Source: Antedon mediterranea
Taxonomy: Eukaryota > Animalia > Echinodermata
Direction of reading: 5' to 3'
Length of the DNA stretch: 64,000 bases
NCBI RefSeq assembly: GCF_964355755.1
Contig: NC_092680.1
Span: 18,671,045-18,735,044 of the forward strand
Made by a program: the position numbers and the translations under genes. The notes below the pieces were generated by a model. That model was not told the origin of the DNA. It made no database searches and was given only the letters and a program-made list of their open reading frames with translations. This document shows, one piece after another, positions 12,646 through 24,178 of this stretch; position 1 is the first letter of the stretch, and each line of letters opens with the position of its first letter.

Positions 12646-13906
12646 TTAAAAGGAGCGTCCATTAGGTGTGTCTCAAAGGAGCGTTTCTACTGTGTATGAA
12701 TTAACATGTTGATGGCATATTATAATTTGCAATATAATGAGCATATGATCCTTATATTTATATCTATTTATATCCAAAAGCCTTAGATATATTTGACAAC
12801 AGACTACCTACTCTACAACTATTAAATCAAGCTAACAGAATGAAACTCTTGTAATTCTACAATGTCCTCACAAATCTACCTCCATGCTAAATTGAACAGT
12901 TTGAAAGCAGAATAGTTGGAAGAAGATCAAGCAGTTAATGAATTAATTGAGCTTAAAAATTACCACACCAATGTAAATCCGGGAAGGACGAAACTAGATT
13001 TTTAATGATGAACTAAATATTATTTCTATTCTGTACATTAAGCAATTGTACACACCTTGTGGAACCTAATGTGTTAAAAGTAAAAGTGCTGTACTATGTC
13101 TGACTCAATCAACATACTCTATTTAAATTATTGTAGAAAATGGTTGGTTTTTCTGTTTATTATTTCTTTAAGCTTTGACAATATAAATGGCTGGTGGAAA
13201 GAGGGAGAAGAGATGGAGACACAAGTTTCAGAAAAGTGCAAACTAGATGTAAAACAAATATATAGCAACAAATTTGAATAATTTCTTTCAAAAAAACATC
13301 ATTTCATTACTAAGAATGTTAAATATAATTTTATTTAAAAATATATATTCTCAATATGTCCTATTTGTAGTAGTAGTAATAATACCTATTAAAATTGGTA
13401 TAAGTATTGATATGCTTATGCAGTTCTTCAATGAAATGTATAGTATATACAGACGGACATAATTGAACTGACTCACATCCTTGTGAGAGGAAGCCTATTT
13501 ATCCTACACTATTCACAATATAAAGTAACACCATTAAGGTTCATACTTGTGGACCCCTTCTCAGCCCATATAGAAAAATCATTAAGATAAATATTTGTTT
13601 ACAAATATTGTAATGTAAAATACATGTCGTATCAGTGACATAAACGTAAATATTATTTCATTTGTATTAAAAAAATGTTTTTATTTTTTCTGTTTAGTGC
13701 AATAAAGGGAGTAATACTTTTAGAAGTCTTTGTCTTGAATTGAAATAAGTTGATAAACATGTAAAAGTTAAAAGTATATCAAAGTTCATAGACGCCCCTC
13801 CCACAATTTCCATACTGTAAGCCAGGTCAGATTTATATCATTAATACATCATTCACATACAAAATCACTTCATAAGAGCACACTTTATTGTCTGGTGGTT
13901 ACTCAC

Positions 13907-13939
13907 CAACATGGATGTGTACAGGATGACTTTTGAATT
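13907..13939 (-). CDS. Candidate 33-nt phase-1 small exon (xFKSHPVHIHV)
   Basis: Minus strand: gtttttttttccttattgag|AATTCAAAAGTCATCCTGTACACATCCATGTTG|gtgagta. Frame-preserving and open in phase 1. Confidence 0.5.
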
Positions 13940-15619
13940 CTCAATAAGGAAAAAAAAACATTAAAAAAAATAATATGGGAAAGTATGAACTATGAACAAG
14001 CAATATTCAGTTAAGTTAAGTAGTCGGGTATTTTATGATGGTCAGTTACAATTCTGTTTTCTACATTTTTGTTGCTCTATGTTAGACTGACAGTTCACTA
14101 ATTCTTTGACAAATGTCACCAATTTTGTTTCTTAAAATTTCAGTCTACTAAAACTTGTACAATCTAATACTAAAATATCATTTAATATATTAATTAATAT
14201 TAATTAATATATAACAAAGTAGAAAATGTCACAAAATCGCAAATAATAAAAAATAAAATGAACTTTAATTTGCAAATAAAACATAAGAAATCTGAGTATT
14301 TATTTCCTCTTTATAATGCTAATCACTTTGTGAATGAATCACTAATTAAGTTCATACGTTTAAAATTGTTTATTAATAAATAAATAAAAAACGTGGCAAG
14401 CACCAAGATTCAATCAAGAGAGAATTTGCATAATTGATTGCAAGCCATGTCGAAACACTGTCAATTCACAAGATATAGTAATAATATATAAAAATAAAGT
14501 AACCCACATAATTGAATTATCCAAAAACAAAACCTTACATGAAAATAAACAACATGAAAGTGGAGCGCTGAGGAGGATCATGGATAGAGACACCACTATC
14601 ACCGAGTAGGGTGTGATCCTCTTCCTCCAACTTCCAGAACATAACATAAAAACAAATTACATGAAAAATGTTATTGCACATGTTTGTTTTAAAGTTAATG
14701 TTTAGACATACATTTTAATTATGTTAAACATTGTTTGAAAACAATATTGTTACTATATTACACCACGTCGAGGGGGTTAAATTGCTATCCGATTAAATTT
14801 GTAGGATTTAATTCTGCATAATATCAAGAAAATGATTCTGGGGTCAGGTAGGAGGTAGCTTTGTTTCATGCTTTTTATTTCCTCATCATCATTCACTGTT
14901 GAATAATTCAATTAAATTAATTTCCAGTATATCACCAGGTGGTTTAAAGTTTAGAATTATATTACAAATGTTTGCAATATTTTTTCTTAAACATTAATTA
15001 ATTTGTCAAAAGTCAAAATACTGTAGATGAATAATGAGAAGAACATCTAACCTGTACTAAATCGGTCATACCACACAACTTTTAAAACTTACCTTGTTAT
15101 TAATCACTTGTTTGTAAATATAAACATCAAGTGCTTCAAATGTAAGGGTTGATTGTATACAAGATATTCATTTATTTATATTATTAATTTATACTGGTAC
15201 AGAAAGACATCTACTCTCACATAATTTAAATAACTAGACTAATTATATTGCATAATATTATTTTATTGCCATGGTTAAAATGTTTATGTTTAAACTGAAC
15301 TGTATTTGGCACTGACACAAAAGGACAAATAAATAATAGTAATATTTATTTGGCATATCAAGAACAATCTTGCAATACTGTAGGCAAAAGCCTAAACATA
15401 TTTAACTGTTTATATGGGAAATACAGCTTAACTATTTATTATGCCCATTCAGAAATATTATTGTATTTTTCCATTACTTAATAAACACCCACAAAATCTT
15501 GCAAAAAATAATGATGAAATATGTTAATAATGATAATAATGTTATTGTTTGTTTTGTAAAATCTGGAATAAATTTAATTGAATTGAATTGGTGCCACTTT
15601 CATTAAAACAACATACATT

Positions 15620-16109
15620 TTCATGATGCAGGGGTTGCTTCACCACAGAGAGCAGTGTGTGCATTGGGTTCATGATGCAGGGGTTGCTTCACCACATAGA
15701 GCAGTGTGTGCATTGGGTTCATGATGCAGGGGTTGCTTCACCACAGAGAGCAGTGTGTGCATTGGGTTCATGATGCAGGGGTTGCTTCACCACAGAGAGC
15801 AGTGTGTGCATTGGGTTCATGATGCAGGGGTTGCTCCACCACAGAGAGCAGTGTGTGCATTGGGTTCATGATGCAGGGGTTGCTTCACCACATAGAGCAG
15901 TGTGTGCATTGGGTTCATGATGCAGGGGTTGCTTCACCACATAGAGCAGTGTGTGCATTGGGTTCATGATGCAGGGGTTGCTTCACCACAGAGAGCAGTG
16001 TGTGCATTGGGTTCATGATGCAGGGGTTGCTTCACCACAGAGAGCAGTGTGTGCATTGGGTTCATGATGCAGGGGTTGCTTCACCACAGAGAGCAGTGTG
16101 TGCATTGGG
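15620..16109. repeat. Minisatellite, 10 x 49 bp, nearly homogeneous
   Basis: Unit TTCATGATGCAGGGGTTGCTTCACCACA(G/T)AGAGCAGTGTGTGCATTGGG, with only a G/T variant and one T/C variant. Confidence 0.97.
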
Positions 16110-18500
16110 TGGAAGTGATTTTGTAACTTCTCACACACATGTACTTATTGTTTCAATATTTTAGAAGAAAAAGCAGACAATTTTGACCATGAACTCTAAA
16201 AACTTGTAGACCTCCCGTCAAATGGGCAACTGAAGGAACCGCAGGCGAAATTAGAAACACTACAATTACAGACAACTGAAGCAAAAGCAGATAATTGGCC
16301 AAGGTAGAACGATAATAGTGATACTTTTGTTATCATTAAGTTAAAAGAATCTTCTTAGGTGAATTGTAACCTTGTTATAGTATCTCATTAAAGGGTGTTT
16401 ACTTAGTAACGTAGGAAGAGGAAAGGTAACAGAATATTGGGAAAACATAAAGGATAAACATTCAATAGACACTAAAGTTTAGACAGTTTTAGTATTCTTG
16501 ACAGATACAATTATAATATAGGCTATTTTGCTGTAATTGGTAGTGTTAACAAGTTTGCCTCTTAATTTCTTATGCATTAGTGTCATTGTTCGTTATTATT
16601 AAGATTTAATTTTAATGAACAGCAAAAATCTTGCCTTCTCAGAAAGTATGATATAAAAATCAATATTGTTCATAATTCCTAAAGTGTTTAGTGGTAACCA
16701 CCAAAGAGGAAATATGTACAAAACAATTGTGGTACACCCCATAATTACTTGTTTATGTGGTATAATTTTGACTGGATAATCATAAATGCTGTGTGTCCTC
16801 TCAATCCTATTTTATTAATTTAAGTAACTTTTTACCTGGGATTTTTATTATTTTATTTATTTATATTTTTCACACAAAATATAATGGAAATTAAACAAAT
16901 GTGTGGATGAGCAAAACAACTTATGGGCATGGTCATTTGTTAATAACTACAAAAAAAAAAAAATAACTGATTGAGGGTTTCATTGTTTTTCTTAGATATT
17001 GTTTTATACATTTTATGTGTGTTTGATATGAATAAATGAGATGTACATACATTAAACAGCAATTGCAATCCTATATCAAGGATATGAATTACACCCAAGT
17101 CTGATATATTTTATTTCTACCTGGTTTAGTACAATGAAAGGACACTAGATGAGGTGTCGACAGCTGTCAAAGAATGATCAGGAGGACGAATCTATACCTG
17201 TGTTGCAGTTTGTACAAGAAATATCTAGGCTAATTCAGTATGAGTATTTTAGTTGTTTTTATTAACATTTCTCTTATGTTATGTTGTATAAAGTAATTTA
17301 TAAACATATAGTCTGTCATAAATAAAGCAAACGCATCATGGTATATATTTAAACACTTCTTATGCACATTTTTAAGCAAGTGTATAATAATATTAACAAT
17401 ATTTTGGATGTGTTTAATTTCATTTAGAATATTAGTGTTAAACTATTGTTGTAGTTAACAATTTAGAGATAAAATATACTACATTACTAAATTATGGTTA
17501 TTTCTTTTGAAAACCTAGCACATAAAACTGCCTCAAGTCAACGTTTTACTACCTACTTGAATGTATTGTAATTTGTTGATATTTATCTTTTCTTCCAGGT
17601 CAACAATAGCTACTAGGTTATACATATAAAGACTATCTATACATTGGGTAAGTTACTGGTTACTACAGGGAACCTAATATAATTTAAACATTAAAGTTTA
17701 TTTCATAGCCTCCCACAACAAAACAGTAGATCAAACAGATACAACAATCGCTTTTGGTTTCTGGTTCGTCGTTTTTATTATATGATATAAGTTCTGAGGC
17801 TGTTTGAAGAAGTTTAAAGGTTGTTTTGTTTATTGTAGATGAATAGTTTATAGAGAAAACAGATTGCTTAGAAGAAATACAATATAGTATTGTAAATATG
17901 GTATTGTAAATATGGTATTGTCAATATGTTTGGTATCTTCAGGTCTAGAATGAGTAATTGGCCAACAAACACGACAATTAATTAATTTGGTTCTGGCCAG
18001 TTTACCAAATCCCATTTTCGCCAAGTCTAGTTTGCTGAATTCCAATTTGCCAACTAATAATAAAAATGAGTAGGATACTTCGAAAGTCGCTATGTAGGAA
18101 CTCCATTTTTTAACTGTACTAAAATTTACAACAATTATACTTATTTCATGTGATTAGATGAGAAAATTATTAATACCGTGTCAACCTAGAAACCTTAAAA
18201 GTTTAAGCCTATACAAAATCTCTCAATCATCATATCCATTTGTTGATGTGTTGCTATAGAATCTATTATTCTGATAAAAATGGTTAAAACTTGTTTTTGT
18301 TTGGCTTCACAATGACTTTAAACAACCTAATATAGTCATGCATAACAGCCTTTTAATCATTGACTAAAATTGAGGCCCAGAAAAAGAGGTAAATATATAT
18401 TAAACGAATTATTAATGTAAGTTCAGTAAAAAATGATGACAATTTTTGTTAAATTTCAGTATGATAGTAAAAAATAGTATAAAAAAATAAATGTTAATAT

Positions 18501-18592
18501 TAAAGATAGATTCACACTAAGACGCAACGTGATTGGTCAACTCACTTGTGTTGCACCTAGGACAGTGCATTGCGTCCAAGTAAGAACCTAGT
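18501..18592. mobile_element. Degenerate, internally deleted copy of the Harbinger-type MITE
   Basis: TAAAGATAGATTCACACTAAGACGCAACG...GATTGGTCAACTCACTTGTGTTGC...GCGTCCAAGTAAGAACCTAG resembles both arms of 1642-1820. Confidence 0.5.
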
Positions 18593-18797
18593 TTTTTGTA
18601 ATATACGATTTATTTAATGGTATTATCGTGCATCCAGTAAAAAAGTTAATCCAAAAAGATGATAAATTAATTTAAACAATAAACACAAGTAAAAAGCAAA
18701 GAGGTTAGTTATGGGTTTTTAATATTCATTAAATTTGATATTAGTTGTCAATGTTTCTATAATAGGCTTAAAAATTTAATTTTTTTGGAAAGCTTAC

Positions 18798-18812
18798 CAA
18801 GATTCTCAACAG
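18798..18812 (-). CDS. Candidate 15-nt phase-1 microexon (xVENL)
   Basis: Minus strand: long pyrimidine tract ...tctattttctttatcttcctgaag|CTGTTGAGAATCTTG|gtaagc. Its phase matches the upstream phase-1 donors at 24179 and 19358. Confidence 0.6.
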
Positions 18813-19357
18813 CTTCAGGAAGATAAAGAAAATAGACAAGATGAATTAAAGACAAAAGAAACAACAACAATAGGAATAGCATTGCACAAACAAAACAAAA
18901 CAAAAAAACACTGTACTGTACTAACACTGGGATCTTAAAGTTTGTTTATCATTGGAAAAGTTATTGCTTGCTTGAGATAAAATCAACACCAGGAACACAT
19001 ATATTTTTTCACTAAGAGTAATATAAATAAGAATAGAAACAATTATTCATAATTACTACTATAATATTCCTAATAGAAAAAACACATTAAACTGATTAGG
19101 AGAGAAAACAGCCGCCATATATAATATAAACAACACAGGAAATGAATATCAGCAATAACAAGAAAACAAATCTATTTGTGTCATTCTGAATTCAATATAG
19201 CGTTCATATACCGTATTCAAATCTAGTACTATTGAAAAAAAGGAAAGAAAACTGAAAGTAGCCAATCAATATAACTGTGATTTTAAAGATATGTTGGATC
19301 AAAGTATGGTACTCTAGTAGACAAGAGTACTATGTTGGTAGATTACAGTATACGCAC

Positions 19358-19838
19358 CTTTGAGATAAACATGCAACGTTGCTTTTGATGTAATTCTTCC
19401 ACACGCATTAGTAATCTCAACCGTGTAATCTCCACTATCTAGTTTTGACACATCGCAAAGTAAAAGCGACGTCGTTGTTTCCTCTGTGCGTACCATGCAT
19501 CGATTATTTAGAGTCAAAGTCCGTCCATCTTTGCACCATCGTATCTCATCCGGTGGGGGATAACAATGAAAATGACAGTCAAACATAACAATATCACCTT
19601 CGTCGACTTCGGTGTCTATTATCTGTCGTTTTAAACAAGGTGGTTCTTCTATATACTGATAGTAAAGTTCAGGTGCATGCACCTCGCGAGAGTAGAATTC
19701 AATTTCCATAGACTCTCCCGCTTCTTCGTCCGTGATCAATTGGCGTGTAACGCCAACCGAGTCATCCAGCGAGCCCATCGTTTTTGGTATTTTTGTGAAA
19801 GTTGCTGGTGAAATTAACAATTCCTTTTCATACAACAT
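19358..19838 (-). CDS. Exon encoding one Ig I-set domain; alternative first exon or symmetric phase-1 cassette exon of the minus-strand gene
   Basis: PP.L....DTEVDEGDIVMFDC.....PPP.IRW.KDG...SLLL.DV...DSGDYTVEITNACG...SKATLHV is a canonical intracellular I-set pattern. Donor AAAG|GTGCGT (phase 1) at 19358. The ATG at 19838 follows an in-frame TAA. An alternative acceptor ttcaccag| at 19804 gives a 447-nt symmetric exon. Confidence 0.85.
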
Positions 19839-22800
19839 TTATGAATATTTAAATATAAAAACAAGGCACTAAAAAATTAAAGATTATATTGCATAGATAT
19901 GAATGTTATGGAAGTAAAAGATTAAAACAAATCTTGCGACAAATTTACAAAATTTCTTCGAGCTTTCAAATATAAATATCTCGACAGGTAAATATTGAGC
20001 ACCGTTTGATCAAGTAATCCAAGTGGTATCCAACTTGTACGATCAACAGATTCAATTTCTCAGAACATAAATAACGATCAATTCCTGCATTTTACCCAAT
20101 ACAATAATGTATCGCCAAGCAGTCTTCCCAATTTAATTTATAGAATTCAGTGTATTATAGGTATCGAACAGATCAACTGAATACAAAACACTAAATTTCT
20201 TCCGTTTAGAGTGTCACATCAATAATACATTATTACTTCAGTTCTATAACATCCCATTTTTGTATCTTCCTGTTCCGTTTCCCATACGTATATCGTAAAA
20301 GTAAATAAACATTTGCTGTACGTCACAGCCCAATATTGTCCCAAATTCAACCACGACTTTTACCTTGTAACAAGGTACCTAAGCTGTCCTGTTTCCTGTG
20401 TGATGATACAGTTCAGCTCGTAAATAATTTCTGGTCTACAGACGACAATGCTGGCTCAACATGTGAATGATGTATAGTAGTAGCACAGAGAAAACCCCAC
20501 GAGATCCAAATCAATTAAAGCTGGGATTCAATACCACATACACAATAGGCCTCTGGATTAGTCCTTTGCGAGTAGAGGGGAGTAAATACTCACAAAAATA
20601 AACAACTCTTTAAATATTAAATACACCTTTGTTAGATTTTTTAACAGTAGTTATCAGTAGCAACTCTCCAAGTGGGAAGTAGTGTACAATATGTTAAGGT
20701 ATTCTCAATAATGACCTTTGATGTATATATAACAAATAATTTTAATAGTCCAACTGATCAAATCTTGTGATTGTAATCTATAGTCAGTCTTTCACTTGAA
20801 TCAACATCAAGGGCTGTATTATGATTTTGAGAACGATGATGAAATCAAGCCAATCATACCAGTATGATGAGTATGTATATCCAAGAATTTAACAGGTAGT
20901 TGAAACTGAATGTAAAATATTCGTTGTTTAGCCGCCATTATCTGCAGCAGTTCAGACAATCCATTCTAATAATAAAATATCTGGAATATACCTTACTTGT
21001 TGTGATTCACAACCTGAGAATGAGGTATGGAAGCAGCAAACTTTCGATTAAAGCATTCCCTATACTAAGAATGAGGTCATCCATGTGTGTGTGTCACTAC
21101 TGTAGCTGTTGTCTACCTTGACCGCCTACACTAGTTCAATGGCTTGATTCAACCATTATAATCAGTAGGGGTGTTTGGTAAATAAATATTTAATCTGATA
21201 GAAAGAACCCTACTGTGTTTGCTAAGTCAACATGAGGGGGCTAAACTGGGTTATGAACGTGGTTGCGTACATAGGCCATAGCATTCAAGACATTCTACAT
21301 TCTGCTATCAGACACAATGACCGAGCTGAGCATATATTTATTTAAGACATACCTAATTGTTATCGTCATTTTGGGCGGTCTGAAATGTTGTACAAACACA
21401 TTTTCTAATGTAAACCATTTTAACAAATCCATATTGAATTGCCTTTATATTATTACGAAATATTTAGACCATAAAATTAACTAACAAACTACAAAATGGA
21501 TATTTTTTATTTACAAAAAGGAGAAATATGCCTTTATATTATATCTATATTTTTATATATTAAATGCTGGTATTATAAAGAAAATATATAAACCAGAATG
21601 CAGTTTTATATTTTTATTTATGAATAATATGTCAATGCCATTGTGTAGTACAGTATTTATAATTCAGGTAAGAATAAAAATAGCTAAGATGCTACAGAAA
21701 ATATAAACTAAACATGACTGAATATTATTATTAATTTAAGCTAGTTTTATTTTTAACATAATCCAGGTCATTTTCCTGGTATTCTAACCCCCTAATTTTC
21801 CCCAAATTGCGTAGCAGGTCCTCCGTCCCATGGGGCTATATTTGGTGAAATTTTTACTGAATGCTGACATATGTTCTGTTAGTAGAAAATCAATACTAAG
21901 ATATAAACAAACCATATCATCCTTGTAGGAAACACAACATAAAAAATGTAATAAGCACGATCAATAAGACACAGACTTAACACAACACCAATAAAACATG
22001 TCATCATGATATTGATTATTAGGTTGCTATAGCAATGTATTATTATTATTGTAATGTAAATGACTTGATTGGTTTCTAAGGTCTAGTTCAAACTCAAACA
22101 CTTAAAATGAAGAAAGAATGAAATAGATTTTTATTAGTTTCTAAAAATAACGCTCATAATAAAATCTGTAATATTATTAGGAGGACGAGGGTTTGAGATA
22201 GCATATATATATATCCTGATACGGAAATTTCTCATTAAAATTAAAAGATTTTTTTTAAATGCTGTAGAAATTAATACATATTCTACTTGAGTACAGTAAT
22301 ATTTTATTTCAAAGTACAAACAATTAGGCAGACTACTAATACCTCAATAGCAATAGTAATTTTTCAGCTGTCAATTTATATTTTTACTCAAGTTCCTGTA
22401 ATTATGGCGTTCATTTTGTAAAGGCCATTGAATGCGTAAAAGTTAAATAAAAAAAAATTGAAATTCTTCCAAACTTTTTAATCTTAAATTACAGTTTGTA
22501 TTCAGACTAGAATTTAGAAACTCTGAAAAGTGAAAAGAAAAAATGAAGAAAAACTGGAGGAATCTGATCAAGGAATCTGAAGCAGATATTTTGGAAAACC
22601 TTTTAACATAACGAAGTTTGTATTATTTGCAAAATTAATGTAATATTATAATTATTGATGGTAAAAAAAAATACATACAGCATTCACAAAATGCATCTAC
22701 TAAAAGTACTACTGTGGTTTATGATATGCACCATCATCACCAGATAGATTTCTGGAATTGACTTCTTCCAAGAAATAAAAGCTCTATTTGACTACCACCG

Positions 22801-23739
22801 CCCATTTAACAAATTAAAAATTATAAATGCAAATTTTGACATTTAAACAGAAAAATACCCCTACACAAATAATGGAATAGACTTTTATTGTTGGGATTCA
22901 TTGCAGCATAGATTGTCACCTATGCATTGTCTACGCTGAGAAAGCAACAGCTTTGATGAGAAGCAGCCAATGCAGTCATCATTCGTAATGCACTGGTAAT
23001 CAGAGAAAAAATCAATTCAAATTTATTTGACAGATAGGAACCTAATAATTCATATGCTGTAATTTCCCACTAGTTCATTAAACTTTCACGTTTCAAAATA
23101 AATTACATACATTTTCCTGAATCTTTAAAAAAGCTATTATAAAGTTCCATAATTTCCACCATCAATAACATATTGGGAAGATATTGTCATGCAATGTATT
23201 CTTCGTGTCGAATGGCAACACAGCAAATGTTATAGTTATACAGAGGGCGACAAACAAAAACTGCTATGTATATAATGTTAAGTTCGTTAAGATTAAGATA
23301 CTTTCTATTCTTTTAAAACGTTTTTGTTTTAACCAACTCAAGAAATTATTTAATTTGACTAAAACCCAACATATAAAAAGTCATACAAACCTACAGATAT
23401 AGATATTTTAATTTATTTGTAAAATATTTTAATAGAATCTAAACTAAACTGTGGCTTGTTGAAATCTCTTGTCTCCCAATAGATTGATTGATTGATTTAT
23501 CGATTGATTTATTGATTAACTTATTAGAAAATATAAATTTTTATATTGAAAGAAAAAAATCATAAAGCTAAAAAACAATTTATACAAACCCAAACATCTT
23601 AAATTACTTATCTCTGATTTCTGCTGTAAAAAAAAACCTAATATTGAGTCACAAATAATCTTCGCTCTTCAGAATTCTTCATTCTTCCACTTGATTGTTG
23701 ATTGTATTTTTATTGATTGACTAATTGATTGACTGAATA

Positions 23740-23814
23740 CCATACCATATAAGCGCCATGAGCGCCACATGGGTGGAGGATACCGGCGCTATATAAGTTT
23801 TCATTTATTATTAT
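23740..23814 (+). mobile_element. 3' tail remnant of an L2/CR1-type LINE or partner SINE
   Basis: ATAAGCGCCATGAGCG...GGCGCTATATAAGTTTTCATTTATTATTAT: an AGCGCC/GGCGCT stem followed by ATATAA and (ATT)n, typical of such tails. Confidence 0.5.
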
Positions 23815-23845
23815 ACAACCTCAGCCCTTTCTTTCCCTGGGCAAT

Positions 23846-23976
23846 TTTCAAGACCTTGGGTTTCTTTTAAGACCCTGGGATCCTTTCAAGACCCTGGGCT
23901 CCTTTCAAGACCCTGTGATCCTTTCAAAACGCTGGGATCCTTTCAAGTCCCTGGGCTATTTCAAGATCTTGTGCTA
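23846..23976. repeat. Degenerate 19-bp tandem array (~7 units)
   Basis: Consensus TTTCAAGACCCTGGGATCC. Confidence 0.85.
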
Positions 23977-24178
23977 TTTTATTAGCTTTTAATGCACAAA
24001 TTATTTGCCAAACACATGCAGGAGCTTCTTTGAAAATCAAATAGGGCTAAGGGCTAAACAATATTAGGATGTTAATATGAGACATAAAACTGTAGGCACT
24101 GTCAAGTTAAAGCTTCATTCCAGGTTTTGCTGTAATAAAATTATTAGAAAAGAAAAATGAATGTATTTTCATACATAC

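Larger units (their letters stand above)
7458..12692. mobile_element. Short (~175 bp when empty) Tc1/mariner-type MITE interrupted by the Kolobok element and a SINE
   Basis: Starts TA|CAGTATAATTCCCTATTAAGAGGACACC and ends GGAGCGTTTCTACTG. Removing the Kolobok gives GTGTCCC-TTAA-TAGGG, the near reverse complement of CCCTATTAAGAGGACAC at 7468-7484. Confidence 0.6.

Noticed and set aside
14567-14625. Hammerhead ribozyme (CTGAGGA followed by a stem)
   Set aside because: No GAAA after the putative stem II and no matching stems I/III.
15620-16109. 49-bp array as a CRISPR locus
   Set aside because: Head-to-tail identical units with no unique spacers, no cas genes, eukaryotic context.
902-23402. 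Short 60-77 aa ORFs in AT-rich intron (e.g. 902, 5900, 6007, 10642, 13096, 13274, 17848, 20900, 22134, 23184)
   Set aside because: Low-complexity I/L/F/K/N composition expected from AT-rich non-coding DNA; no motifs or coherent splice structure.
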